Source: Octopus vulgaris
Taxonomy: Eukaryota
NCBI GenBank assembly: GCA_951406725.2
Contig: OX597819.1
Span: 126,728,001-126,792,000 of the forward strand
DNA length: 64,000 bases
Reading direction: 5' to 3'
In this document: positions 25,919 through 38,697 of the stretch, in pieces
Layout: every line of letters begins with the position of its first letter
How positions within the stretch are numbered: the first letter of the stretch is position 1
Notes under the pieces: model-generated
What the model saw: only the letters and a program-made list of their open reading frames with translations
Database searches by the model: none
Told to the model about the DNA's origin: nothing
Program-made: the position numbers and the translations under genes

Positions 25919-26756
25919 CATCATTAAATAAATAATACAATCATCAGGATGGTGTCCAACATGTAGCTTTCGGAGCTACTCAAGGGAGCTACACCCGGCC
26001 TAGCATAAGCCACTTATGGGCTCTCTTTAGTATCTAATATCCTTCCGGAGTAAGTCATAAAACTTATTCATAGTTACGCTAATAGTAACCGACCTTTATA
26101 CGAACGGGTATGTTGTCAACACTCATATTGATTTCTCGTGCCGATTTACAGGAACGCAAACAAATCAACGCATGTTGTTAAGCGGGGACGCACAAAGATG
26201 TATATACAAACAAATATACACTCACGTACATGAAGAGTCCATCGCTGTTTCCGCCAATCGAATCCACTCAGCTGACATAGATCAGTTCAGGGCATTATTA
26301 CAATTCATATCCAGGGAGCCACGCATTGAGGTTAAACTCAAAGCTACGTGGCTGCAAAGAGTATTTTTTTAATACGCAGACACTTTATTTATGCATTGAG
26401 TACTTTAAATTTATTGCTTGAAATGTTGATACGAGGCAAGCAATGATATGTGCTTTGCTTTATCGACTCCGGAAGGATAGAAGATATAGTTGACCCTCGC
26501 GGAATATGAACTTACAATGTAATGATCGGGAAGGGATACTGCTTAGCATTTTGACCTGCGTGCCAATGATCTTGTACTCTTGCGATCTTGGGTAATTTAA
26601 TTATGGCGGGTTTCCTACTGATAACAGTAGTGGTGTGTGTGTGAGAAAGAGAGAGTTTGTGTGTGTGCGTGTGTGTAAAAGAGGGCAAGTGGAAGTAGAG
26701 TAGACATTAACTGAGTCGGCCATGCAGTAGCTACAAGCTGTATATTACGTACTCTG

Positions 26757-27170
26757 AAAGCGGCGAGTGGCAAAAGTTTCGAGTGACAAATTAAACGTAG
26801 CTTTTAATGTTTATTTATTTATTGCCGACAAGGGGCTAAACATAGAAAGAACAAACAAGGACAGACAAAGAGATTAAGTCGACTATATCGACCCCAGTGC
26901 GTAACTGGTACTTATTTAATCGATCCCGAAAGGATGAAAGGCAAAGTCGACCTCGGCGGAATTAGAACTCAGAACGTAGAGGCAGACGAAATACTGCTAA
27001 GCATTTCGCCCGGTGTGCCAGCTCGCCGCCTTCATGTAATTTTTAATGGTGTTTCAATTATGTGATGAGTTCAAATCCTGTCTAAATCAATTTTAATTTT
27101 AAAATCCTACGGTGGGTGGATTTTAAAGTAACAGTCAAAGTAGTGGAGTCTGTATAATAGGCCAGGGCCA
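26757..27170 (+). mobile_element. Old family B copy interrupted by a younger antisense B copy
   Basis: Head aagcggcgagtggcaaaa before the insertion; tgagttcaaatcctgtc...aatcctacggtggg...aagtaacagtc after it. Confidence 0.55.
26811..27032 (-). mobile_element. SINE family B (B1 tail)
   Basis: acaaggggctaaacatag...aaaggatgaaaggcaaagtcgacctcggcgg...ccagctcgccgcc; imperfect flanking repeat gtagcttttaatg / gtaatttttaatg. Confidence 0.92.
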
Positions 27171-27921
27171 TCCCAAAATGTGAGACAATGCGAGAAATCA
27201 ATATTAAGAAATTTACACAACATAGGTGAATATGCTAAGTTACATCACCAATCTCGCAGTGAATTCGATGATAATGAGAAGCTAGCTCATTTCTTAGCGA
27301 TCGTTGAAAGCGTATTTTTGTCTGTTGAAGACAATACTGTTATCATCAACGTTAATTTTTAAAATCTAATACTTTCAGAAGATAAAATTAAAAAAAAGAG
27401 TAGGATTTTCCAACCCTTCATCCATTTCTTTTTCTATTTTTTTTTTTTAAAGTTATATGTACCAATATGAAATTGAAATTAGATCATGCATTGAAGTGGA
27501 ATTTTTTCATGGGTGCTGGAGATCTGTCTGAAGGTCGCGCACTTTTTCTTGTGGCTGTTCACTGGAAAAGGTTGAAACCTATATGAAATTTTGAATGATA
27601 TTAGAACTTGGCTCAAGTCTTCGTCTTTCGTATAACCGCTCACATCTGACAGTGATCAAGAGAGCTTAACCTACATCAAGTATATAGTAACTGGGTTATT
27701 GATATATATATATATTCATTGGTTCTCAAAGTTGCCTCTAATACGCGCACCTAACATCTGCATCCACTTTAAACACGTGATCACTGAACTACAAAAAATA
27801 GAGACTGAAACCGAACCACTACCTAAACATTTTCTCCACTTTCTTACTTTTTACATGTATCACACTTGTTGCTCTTGTTAGTTAGCCTTTGACTTTCGCA
27901 TCTCTCTCTCCCCCCTCTCTC

Positions 27922-27954
<33 letters not shown>

Positions 27955-27962
<8 letters not shown>

Positions 27963-28230
27963 ATCACGTGACCGACCAGACCATCAGATGTTGTTACACA
28001 TCGCATGACGCCACCCCGCTGGCTAAGCGAGCAGGCCTACAGAAGAAAGAGGGAGAGAAAGTTGTGGCGAAAGAGTACAGCAGGGATCGCCACCACCCCC
28101 TGCCGAAGCCTCGTGGAGCTTTTAGGTGTTTTCGCTCAATAGACACTCACAACGCCCGGTCTGGGAATCGAAACCGCGATCCTACGACCGCGAGTCCGCT
28201 GCCCTAACCACTAGGCCATTGCGCCTCCAC
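27955..28230 (-). mobile_element. tRNA-derived SINE family E
   Basis: Reverse complement gtggaggcgcaatggcctagtggttagg (A box), ggtttcgattccc (B box), 3' end ggtcggtcacgtgatcacgtgat followed by (AT)n; 3' part also present at 43835-43935. Confidence 0.88.
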
Positions 28231-29034
28231 ACACACACACACATACATACATACATACATACATACATACATACATACATACATACATACATACATACAT
28301 ACATACATACATAATATAGCTAATCTTTCTAACGAGCAACAAGTAGGAGTCCAATTACAACCATCGTCTTAGAAAAAAAATACTCTTTTCACATGATTCT
28401 GTGTTCCTTTTTACATAGAAAAAGGACTGGCTGGTTATAATACCTGGAATGCCTTTCATCATAGGTGTATTTAATCAGGGCTGACTGGGACGAAACATCC
28501 TGTCTTTTTTCACTACAATCACCGCCATACCGTCCTTTTCACATCCAATCTCCGCTCTGACTCTGTAATCCACGCCTTTTCTCATTTTTTTCATCTCGCT
28601 CCCATTTAATCCATTCGTTTTACTAGCACTTGTTGAAGAGGTGGTTGATATTCTTCTGCTGGTTACGCTTCTCCTCTCTATTAGCTAACTTCACCTGTCA
28701 CGTTTCTTCCTATTTCCTTTGTCTTAAATGTTTAATACAAGCCGCCACCTTACTTTCTTTGTGTGTCTTTTACACATACTCTTTCTGTCTTCTTTTCTCT
28801 CCCTCTTTATCTCTCCTCTCCCACCTTTCTCTCTCTCTCAGTATTATAAAGGTCATTATCTTTCTATTACTCAGCAGAAGGGGGTGGGGACTTCTTAAAT
28901 AAACAAGTCAGCGCTTTTGTCAAAAATTCATATACAAAGGTGCACTTGCATTTTTTTCAGTTTTTGCCGGTTAGTCATATTTCTGACTGGTATCCTCTCT
29001 CTCTGACTCCTCTGTGTTTGCTTGCTTGTTTATT

Positions 29035-29069
<35 letters not shown>

Positions 29070-29102
29070 ATGTATGTATGTATGTATGTATGTATGTATC
29101 TG

Positions 29103-29161
<59 letters not shown>

Positions 29162-30801
29162 GTCTATCAACCTATGCTTAGACATAATCCACATACACAC
29201 ACGTATACGGCACACATGTCTGAGTCTCAATCACTAAGTCAGTTTTTGTAATTTTTATATTCTGCTACTCTCCAACCACGTCCAATATTATATTAAGATG
29301 TCTCAATATACGTACGTACACATACGTACACTCATCTACACACAAACATATACAAACACAATTATGCGCACAGTTATACGAGCACACATCCAATCATACA
29401 ACTGAATATCAATTAATAAAATATCTTTGTAAATTGCTGACACGGGCAGTAATAGTATATATACAACCACTGTTGAATGCCGAGGTGGACGTGTAAAAAT
29501 ATATTTCTTGAAAAGTTGTAGATCGAATTAGACAACCGAATACAACTTCAGAAGAAGCAGTTTCATGTGGTGCACTATATTTCTAATCTTTTTTTTTTTT
29601 TGTAATTATTATTTTTTATTCTTTATTTTTATTTATTTTTACAAAATCAACTGGTTGTCACTTCACGAATGAAAGGAATGCAAATCCAGTCTTTACTTTT
29701 ACTTTAATTAAATCTATCGTGAAAGTTTGAAGGAGGTGATGATGGATTGCTGTAATATATTTTGTTTTGTTATATATATTATAGAGAGTCGTATGACACT
29801 TGTGGGTGGTTCCATGAGAAAAAATAATTTTAAGATTTAATATTTCATTTTTTTCTTTTTTTTTACGAACCCCATCAGCAACACAAATTAATTGAAAGTG
29901 GCTTCCGTCGGATATCGAAACCTGATCCGCAGTGTTCAGTAATAGTGATTTCTGACAAGGTCTGGAATGTAGGAAGAAAGTTATTCAAAGTTATATCAAT
30001 CTCTGGTATTCCATCTATGTATCGTCCTTGGAAGGGAGAAAGACAAAGCAGACCACGGTGGGATACCAAATGAGAACCTCCAACTTCCAGGGACAGAAGT
30101 GAATACTGCAACAATTTAAGCAACTGTCTGCTTTGACCACGGTGTTGCTCCATAGCCAAACTATTGACCTAACGATCCCCCTTCTGTGTTCAATAATATT
30201 GGTTTTGTAACATTATATACGCCCACATATTTTTGTACTGGAAATGGCCTATTTTATTGTCCCAGTACTTGGATCGTGCTAATGGACGAGAGGCTGAATC
30301 GATTTCATTGCACAAAGTTAGTCCATGTCCGGACAGTATTTTCCCTTCCCTCTGCAATACTTAAAAAAATATTAACAAGAGTTTTTTGACTTGAATTTAT
30401 GTGGGTGCAGAAAATCAATTGGTTTTCGATTCTGCATTGGAGTGATAACAAGACGCGATTGGAAACCACGGGCACCTTCAACCATTCACTTAATAGATAA
30501 TTGGTAGACGTTGTATTACACTATAATTCAAATCACAACTGTGAGCAATTGCATAAATTATCGCTTGAAATCAATGAGGTCATCCATATGACATCAGCTA
30601 ACTTGCTGTTGGCAACGAAACCTACCTTAAACTGTTTATATTAAGGGACACGCTGATACAATGTGTCTGAAAAGGAAAATACTGAAAATGACCAAAAAAC
30701 CGGGAGACACGTACGAAGTTCCTAGCTTCTACTTTATACGAGTGCATGAATGCATCTACGTAAAATTTAAACCCCCCCCCCCCAGCATACAAAACAATAT
30801 A

Positions 30802-30976
30802 GGCGCAGGAGTGGCTATGTGGTAAGTAGCTTGCTAACCAACCACATGGTTCCGGGTTCAGTCCCACTGCGTGGCATCTTGGGCAAGTGTCTTCTGCTAT
30901 AGCCCCGGGCCGACCAATGCCTTGTGAGTGGATTTGGTAGACGGAAACTGAAAGAAGCCTGTCGTATATATGTATT

Positions 30977-31011
<35 letters not shown>

Positions 31012-31221
31012 ATATGTTTGTGTCTGTTTGTCCCCCTAGCATTGCTTGACAACCGATGCTGGTGTGTTTACGTCCCCGTAACTTAGCGGTTCGGCAAAAG
31101 AGACCGATAGAATAAGTACTGGGCTTACAAAGAATAAGTCCCGGGGTCGATTTGCTCGACTAAAGGCGGTGCTCCAGCATGGCCGCAGTCAAATGACTGA
31201 AACAAGTAAAAGAGTAAAGAG
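30802..31221 (+). mobile_element. SINE family A, full-length young copy
   Basis: ggcgcaggagtggctatgtggtaag (A box), gggttcagtccc (B box), cttgggcaagtgtctt (CORE-like), internal (TA)n(TG)n, tail agtaaaagagtaaagag. Confidence 0.95.
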
Positions 31222-32094
31222 TATACCTTTTCACACAAACAACATCAAGGACAGCTGCTTCTGCCATGATTAGATCTCAATGGATCACTCACTATAACGG
31301 AAAGTACCCAACCATACAACCCTCACCAAAGTAACCAACTCGTCACCGTCTAAATCCTTTCACTAGGATACTCAGGAAATTATTTCTCTCTAAAACAGTT
31401 GTATATCGAACATCTATATGAGAATGAGGTTATATTGAAATGGTTATCAGGAATCACCACGAACACATTTTCAGATAATTACTGTCAGCATCTTTATCTC
31501 ATTTAGGTCAATGAATTGGGAAAATTCTACACTCCTGTTCCAATTCGCCTCAAAACACAGGCACAAAATATCTGAAATGGCTCTACGTCAATGAAGCTGC
31601 CTCATATTTCAATGTGTCAGAAAATACAGGTGTTTTCAAGCACAAGGTTTTCAGATCTTAAAGTAGCCAAGGTATCAGTGAATTTATATATGTGGAGTTC
31701 TTCGAAAGCTCCAAGCTTACCGTTATGGATGACCAAAAGGTCATTGGATATAACAACGTCGTGGGCTGGTTCCACCACGATGATCACAACACAAAACAAA
31801 GTGTTTCATTTATACTACCGCAATCCAGTTACATTCGGCATTCATCACATTTGAACACATGGTCTACCTTAACCAATGACAGTTGGTTTATAGACTTTAG
31901 GCGCCGTATGACCGAATGGTTAAGAAGTTCGCTTGGCAACCACGGAACACCAGATTTGATCCCTTTGTGTAGAATATTGAGCAAGTGTCAGTTCTGATAA
32001 ACATGCTCTACAAAATAGAATGAGTGCCCTGTTCTTTCGTTTGTAAACATAAACATCTGTCTGTCTCCCCACTCTCTCTTTCTATCGTTAGCCA

Positions 32095-32269
32095 CTACAC
32101 ACATTTTTTTCTCTCCTTGTTTCTCTCCTTGTTTTTTCTGTGTCCCTTTCTGTAGAAGAGCGTAGGCTTGAAACGTAAAAGACTTTTTCTATTCCTGGGC
32201 GTTATACTTATACATCTGTTTGTTTGTACACCACCTGTCTTCGTCTTTTGTTTTTTTCGTAAACTCTCC

Positions 32270-32271
<2 letters not shown>
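32095..32271 (+). mobile_element. T-rich Penelope-pLTR-like fragment with variant hammerhead motif at 32146-32181
   Basis: CTTT-CTGTAGA-A-GAGC(gtag)GCTT-GAAA-CG-TA-AAAG, then a T-rich tail running into (TA)n. Confidence 0.55.
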
Positions 32272-32324
<53 letters not shown>

Positions 32325-32334
32325 TGTGTATGTG

Positions 32335-32376
<42 letters not shown>

Positions 32377-32702
32377 TATGTATGTATGTGTGCGTGTGTA
32401 TGTGAAAAGTATGTTGGTGTGCGTGTATGTGTGTGTGTTTGGATGTACGTATGTAAGGCTTATTTATTTATGTATAGAAAAGAGTGTTAGCAAGTGAAAG
32501 AAAACTATTTCAAGTAACTAAAATTCAGAGATAACGCTTGTGAGACGACGATAATCTCAAAGAATATTGCATGTTAAATGACTTTGGTAATATGATCTGG
32601 TGGTGCCTGTCGGAATATAGTCGTGGGCGGTGATTTGGACTGCAACTATTGTCGAGGAAATTGACTTAGTTAAATATAAACGTGTTTCTCTTTCACTCTC
32701 TT

Positions 32703-32735
<33 letters not shown>

Positions 32736-32837
32736 GGAACAGTATGCGTGTGTGTGTGTGTGTGTGTGTGTGTGAGAATATGATGATGACTGTGCACTGT
32801 GAGTAGATGTGCACCGCAGAACGTGTACTTTATGTAC

Positions 32838-32885
<48 letters not shown>

Positions 32886-33586
32886 ACATATATATATATA
32901 TATATGATATATGTATAAATACAAGCACATGCGCATATATGCATACAGATACATACACGCTTATAAGGGCACACATGCACATACGGTGGTTGTGTTGTTA
33001 TTACGATATTATTTGCAGTATTATCTTCTTTTTTTTTTAGACTTGTTTAGTCTCTTTGTACTTTTCTTTACCGGAAATAATCAAGCGATTTGCTTGAAAC
33101 TGAAGGGAGGTTTTGGTTGGGTTATTATTGCCGGAAACTTTGAAACTCGGATCAAAAGCAGAAATGAAAGAGCTTTCAGTGGAAAAGGAGAAAAAACGAC
33201 GAGAGAAAAAAAAAGAATTTATACACACACACACACACACACGTGCAAGCGTATATGGTCATTATACAATCACATACACACAGGTGAATATATGTTAATA
33301 AATATGATTGATCACACACACACACACACACGGACATACACATATATAATTGCCACTATATACGTTTATAGCATATATACTTACATGTATCAGAAACGTA
33401 TATATATATTCTATACAATAAATATATTTGTAAAAATATAGCCTACTGTAGCAAATTAAGATGCTAAGAAATAGCTGTTTTTTGGGATGCATCCATATCT
33501 TTACAGGTGCTTTTATCTCTTTTACTCTGCTCCTTAGTTGTCTCCCTATTTCTCATAATGGGTGTGTGTCTATGTGTATATATATA

Positions 33587-33646
33587 TACTTTCTATTAAA
33601 GCTGCAAAATAATCACAAAACTGTTACTCAAAGTAACTGTTACTCA
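33587..33646 (-). mobile_element. Family H fragment truncated inside the hammerhead region
   Basis: tattaaagctgcaaaataatcacaaaactgttactc matches 18109-18142 and 59207-59243. Confidence 0.6.
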
Positions 33647-34272
33647 CACACACACACACACACGACGTGCTTCTTTCAGTTTCCTTCTATCAAATCCACT
33701 GACAACGCTTCGACACTTACCCAAGGTGCCGCGCAGTGAACTGAGCACGGAACCATGTGTGCGTGCATATATATTAGAAGATTTGGAGATGATGTACAGG
33801 TATTTTATATTAGAAGAAATGAGGTACTCAGAAATTCGGATGGTTTTATATTTACAGATATTTATTTGTATATTACATGTTTTTATACATCATATATCAT
33901 ATATTAGTGCTTTTGTCCATTCTGGTGGAGTTTTCAAATTGAACTAAGTTCTTGGGGAAAATTTGACTAATTTTATAGTGTTACATATATATATGCTGAC
34001 AGCACTATACGTCAATTGGAAATTCTTTCTCGAGATGAATACTAGGTATTGCCGCTTTATTACAGTACATCTACGTTAAGATATACGGAATACTGTACAC
34101 ACATACGCACACGTGTAATGTATACGAAAATGAACCAAGACAAAACTCTCATGCCCAGTGACATGAATTTTGATAGCAAGATCGATATTTATTGAAATTG
34201 ACTTCCATTCTAGAGAAGAAAAACAAGCGGCATGCGACAACTGAATAAAAAGTGGATATTCTCAAATAACCT

Positions 34273-34504
34273 ATTTCTTTACTACCCACAAGGGGCTAAA
34301 CACAGGAGAGACAAACAAGGACAGACAAACGGATTAAGTCGATTACATCGATTCCAGTGCGTAACTGGTACTTGATTTATCGACTCCGCAAGGATGAAAG
34401 GCAAAGTCCACCTCGGCGGAATTTGGACTCAGAACTTAGCGGCAGACGAAATACCGGTAGGCATTTCGCCCGGCGTGCTAACGATTCTGCCAGCTCGCCG
34501 CCTT
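34273..34504 (-). mobile_element. SINE family B (B1), full length with perfect 16-bp TSD
   Basis: tattctcaaataacct at 34257-34272 and 34505-34520; head ggcggcgagctggcagaatcgttagc. Confidence 0.96.
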
Positions 34505-34599
34505 TATTCTCAAATAACCTGCAGTGTAGGGTCTTGTGTTCAAGGTGTTCTAGCCTTAACATTTATTGTTTAAATTACCTCATCATTTAAAGTGAGGAA

Positions 34600-35050
34600 T
34601 ACGATTTAAGGGAGATTTCGTTCCTATTTCTTGTATGTGGAAAGATTGCATTAAAAAATTTTGCCAATTCGTCTTGAGAAACTGCTAACTAGATACGACT
34701 AAAATCTAAGGTAGAGGCATTTTGGAATCTGAAAATATTCAGCTCTGTTATAGCTTAGCATAATACCAGTGCTGTTATTTAACCCCAGGTCATTCCTGAT
34801 TCAACAGAGTGTGTGTGTGTGTGTGTGTGGAGAGAGAGAGAGAGGGGGGGGGAAGAGTGACCTACAATCAAAAGTATTCCAATTTTGATGACTTGCTTTT
34901 GTTTCATGTGTATTCCATGTGAACTAAATTATCCATCATTTGGGTAATCCCACTTGGGAGATAGTACTGTGTAATTTAAGCGACGTTTGACTGCTATTTC
35001 TAACACGTCGACACCCCCCCCTTCCATAAAGGCTTACTTGTTAGACCTAA
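34600..35050 (+). repeat. Family C modules C2-C1-C2 with internal (GT)n(GA)n
   Basis: gggagatttcgttcctatttct; tttaaccccaggtcattcctgat...gacctacaatcaaaagtattcc; tttgactgctatttctaac. Confidence 0.6.
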
Positions 35051-35615
35051 GCGAAGTGGTTGCTTAGCCTGAAGTCAACCGTGAAAAATGAAATGCATGA
35101 TAAAAAGCAATCAATCTAGTCGTCTTTTTGGGAGTACGTTGGGCAAAAAAAAAAAAAAAGCTCATTCGCAAAAATTTAAAAGGTAGTTGGAGAAATTGCT
35201 ATAGGGTACAGAGCATAGAGTTGGTGGAATTTAGTTAGGTGTATATAATGTGTATGTGGTGTGTATGTGTGCGTAAATCGCACGTTTAAAGATATTATGG
35301 TTGAATGTATGTTAGAGAGAGAGAGAGAGAGAGGGATTCAAGTGAGTGCGTGTGTGTCTGTAATGTTGAATATGTTAACTATTTAACATGTTACTGATGC
35401 GACAGTTCCCAAGAGTTATCTTTTCCCAAATGAACACACTCAGCTTAAAGAACGTCAAAATTTAATCCGTTACATCGTTTTAAAACTTTTACACAAGAAA
35501 TAAAATAGTTTTGTGAAAGTGAGAGTTTCACGAGGAGACATTTTTTAGTATTTTCATTTCCTTTTGTTTGTTTCAAATTTGATACAGTTTATTTGATATC
35601 TAATGAAGTTTTGTT

Positions 35616-35949
35616 TGGGGATTTGGTTTGCAAGATTCTTTATGTGAGTTCGTGTGTTGAAGCATATTTTGTTGTGTCTGGGGAGAGTCAATTTTTTTGT
35701 GTGCCTAATATAACAAACAGACTCACCGGTAAAATTTCCAATTTTTTTTTTTAATTTTTATTTTCCTAAAATTTTTGTTACGTCTTGCAACCTTTTCAAT
35801 AGTTTTGACTCTCAAAACTATTGAAAAGGTTGCAAGACGCAACGAAAATTTTATAAAAAATAAAAACAAGGAAAAAAAGTGGAAATTTTACCGGTGAGTC
35901 TGTAATATTAGGCACAAAAAGAAGATGACTCTCCCCAGACACAACAGAA
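35616..35949. mobile_element. Fold-back element with ~140-bp arms, variant hammerhead motif in each arm and 15-bp TSD
   Basis: Arms 35665-35808 and 35812-35951 are inverted about the loop ctc; flanked by taatgaagttttgtt (35601-35615) and taatgaaattttgtt (35950-35964). Confidence 0.88.
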
Positions 35950-37136
35950 TAATGAAATTTTGTTCACGCGTATAATGCATATGCACGTCGCATGTTCATG
36001 TACACACATACATGGCTGTGTATGCTCACATAAAGACACATTTATAGTATACGTGTACGTCTACATATGCGCGTGATTTATTTCGAAAGAGCAGACTAAT
36101 TGGATGAATTAGATATTCATTGATGGAGAAATATAAATATACATGTATATATATTATGTTTTTAAGTTGAGGGCTTGTTTTTAAATATCGGGCGTCTCTA
36201 ATGATGAACATCTCCAATTAAATGCTATCCAAGCTATAATTATCACATCAGGTTTTAAAATTCAGAAGACAAAGAGACACGATTTGAGAGATTTAGCTGC
36301 TATTTCTCACAAGTCGATATAGAACTCAGCCACTCCCTTCTTGGCTCGTATTACTCGAATTCAAGCCTTTGAATGAAGTTAAATTAGTTCAGTATGTCTC
36401 TTAGCTCCACTTACTGATTTAAAAATAAAAATCGTTAAAGGTATGAATGTATTGAGTATTTTAACAGTTATCTTGCCAATCTTAGGTGAATCGGGTGCTT
36501 TGTAAGAGCATAACAGGTGTGTTCGACTTTTGTATGCTGTTTGGAGTTCTCGAAACGATTATGTGTGTCTACCTGTCTGTAAGTGTGCCGGTAATGAAGA
36601 CGTTACCTTCAAAGAATATGAACTATTATTTTTTGCGTTGTAAACGCGCAGATGGATCCAGTTGGTACCAGTGTTTCTTTATACAGATTCACAGACACGT
36701 GTAATTGCGTGTGTGTGTGAGAGAGAGAGGGGGGGATGAGTACTTTTACATCAAATTGTTATAAATGGAGGAAATATTTAATTAAAAATGCAATTATATT
36801 CCGTATTTCACTTTATTTTATATATACATCTTAAACGATCAAACCAGTGTATGCACACTTGGCCAATAGTGGATAGAAGCACTTGGATCTAGCCAATATA
36901 ATTTTAGTTCATTTAAGAGAGACAGTTAATCCCTGAGAGTGCACAACTATTCAAAAGCTAGTGGTATGAACTTGAGAAAGAAACAGGAACGGTGGACTTA
37001 AATGTAATCCATAAAGAAAATATCAACACACACACACACATACACACACGCACACACACACACTCAAACACACACACACATATATATATATGGTGCATAA
37101 GATATGTAACTTGTTAAAAATCAAAAAATGTTTATA

Positions 37137-37295
37137 GGCGCAGGAGTGGCTGTGTGGTAAGTAGCCCTCTTACCAACCACATGGTTCCGGGTTCAGTCCC
37201 ACTGCGTGGCACCTTGGGCAAGTGTCTTCTACTATAGCCTCGGGCCGACCAAAGCCTTGTGAGTGGATTTGGTAGACGGAAACTGAAAGAAGCCC

Positions 37296-37345
<50 letters not shown>

Positions 37346-37566
37346 ATGATAGTGTGTCTGTGTTTGTTCCCCTAGCATTGTTTGACAGCCGATGCTGGTG
37401 TGTTTATGTCCCCGTTACTTAGCGGTTCGGCAAAAGAGACCGATAGAATAAGTACTGGGCTTACAAAAGAGTTAGTCCCGGGGTCGAGTTGCTCGATTAA
37501 AGGCGGTGCTCCAGCATGGCCGCAGTCAAAATGACTGAAACAAGGAAAAGAGAAAGAGAAAAAGAG
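37137..37566 (+). mobile_element. SINE family A, full length
   Basis: Collinear with 30802-31221; tail aaggaaaagagaaagagaaaaagag. Confidence 0.95.
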
Positions 37567-38465
37567 AACAACCAAGTGTAAAAATATATTCATTCACTCT
37601 CCGTCTCACGCACACATTCATTTTAGTCGGTAACGCGCAAGGATGTGCTGGGTGCACCGCCTTCATATATGTATCAATTGAATATCTGATATATACGTGC
37701 GTGCGTGTGTGTGTGTGTGCAAGCGTATCTATGTATGCATGAGCGTATGTACATACACAAATACATTTGAAAAATTCGTTGTAAAAAGCTCTATTTTGAA
37801 ATGTTAATTGAAAAATCAATCTAACGAGGCTATTTTCAGAACTTTTCAAAAATGTCCTCCATAATTCAATCAGTTATCATCAAAAATAAGCTCAAATGTA
37901 TTTTGTTCAAAATCATATTTTAAATCAGGGCATTTGTTATTGATTTTATCATATTGTATGCGCTAGCTGTGTTGTATTGAAGTTTATTATCGTTTTCATT
38001 ATTATTATTTTGCTTTTCCATCGAACATAAATATTCTACCTGCAAATTGCACACACACACTCACACACACACACACACACATACCGAGAGAATGACAACT
38101 CTAATGAATTAACTTTTCAGACGAATCTGCGAGGGAATCACTTCGAATTCCTAGACCTACTAGAAATAACAGCCTAATCCACCCCACTTAAATCACTCCC
38201 TACCTCTCTTCAATAAATGGACAGTAAGAGTGAGTAGTTAAACTGATAGACTTAATCATTTACCGAATAATTGCAGCAGACACTGCTTGATTATGTCATC
38301 AAATGGAGAGATGTCTAAATTCTCAAGAAAGCTATTCATATCACATTTCACTTTTCCTCTCTTCCCACTCTAATCACTGGTTTATTCATTTCCGGTCCTG
38401 GAATTAAAAAATAACACTCCTTTGAATTCTCTTGGTCATTCAAAGCGATCATGTGCCCGAAATAT

Positions 38466-38697
38466 CTGTTTCTTTATTACCCACCAAGGGGCTAAACATA
38501 GAGGGGACAAACAAGGACAGACAAACGGATTAAGTCAATTACATCGACCCCAGTGCGTAACTGGTACTTAATTTATCGACCCCGAAAGGATGAAAGGCAA
38601 AGTCGACCTCGTCGGAATTTGAACTCAGAACGTAACGGCAGACGAAATACGGCTACGCATTTCACCCGGCATGCTAACATTTCTGCCAGGTCGCCGT
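38466..38697 (-). mobile_element. SINE family B (B1), near full length
   Basis: Collinear with 34273-34504. Confidence 0.93.

Noticed and set aside
25550-25940. Poly-E/R/K ORFs
   Set aside because: They are the (GAA)n tract read in different frames.
25935-26040. Hammerhead-like pieces on the minus strand (CTAAAGA-gagc...gctcc-GAAA-GC-TA, plus a downstream CTGATGA)
   Set aside because: Neither type I nor type II topology gives both stems; at best a very decayed element.
31230-31880. Complex sequence with short ORFs (31591, 31617, 31692)
   Set aside because: There is no recognisable domain or splice pattern; it may be an old transposon remnant, but I cannot support a call.
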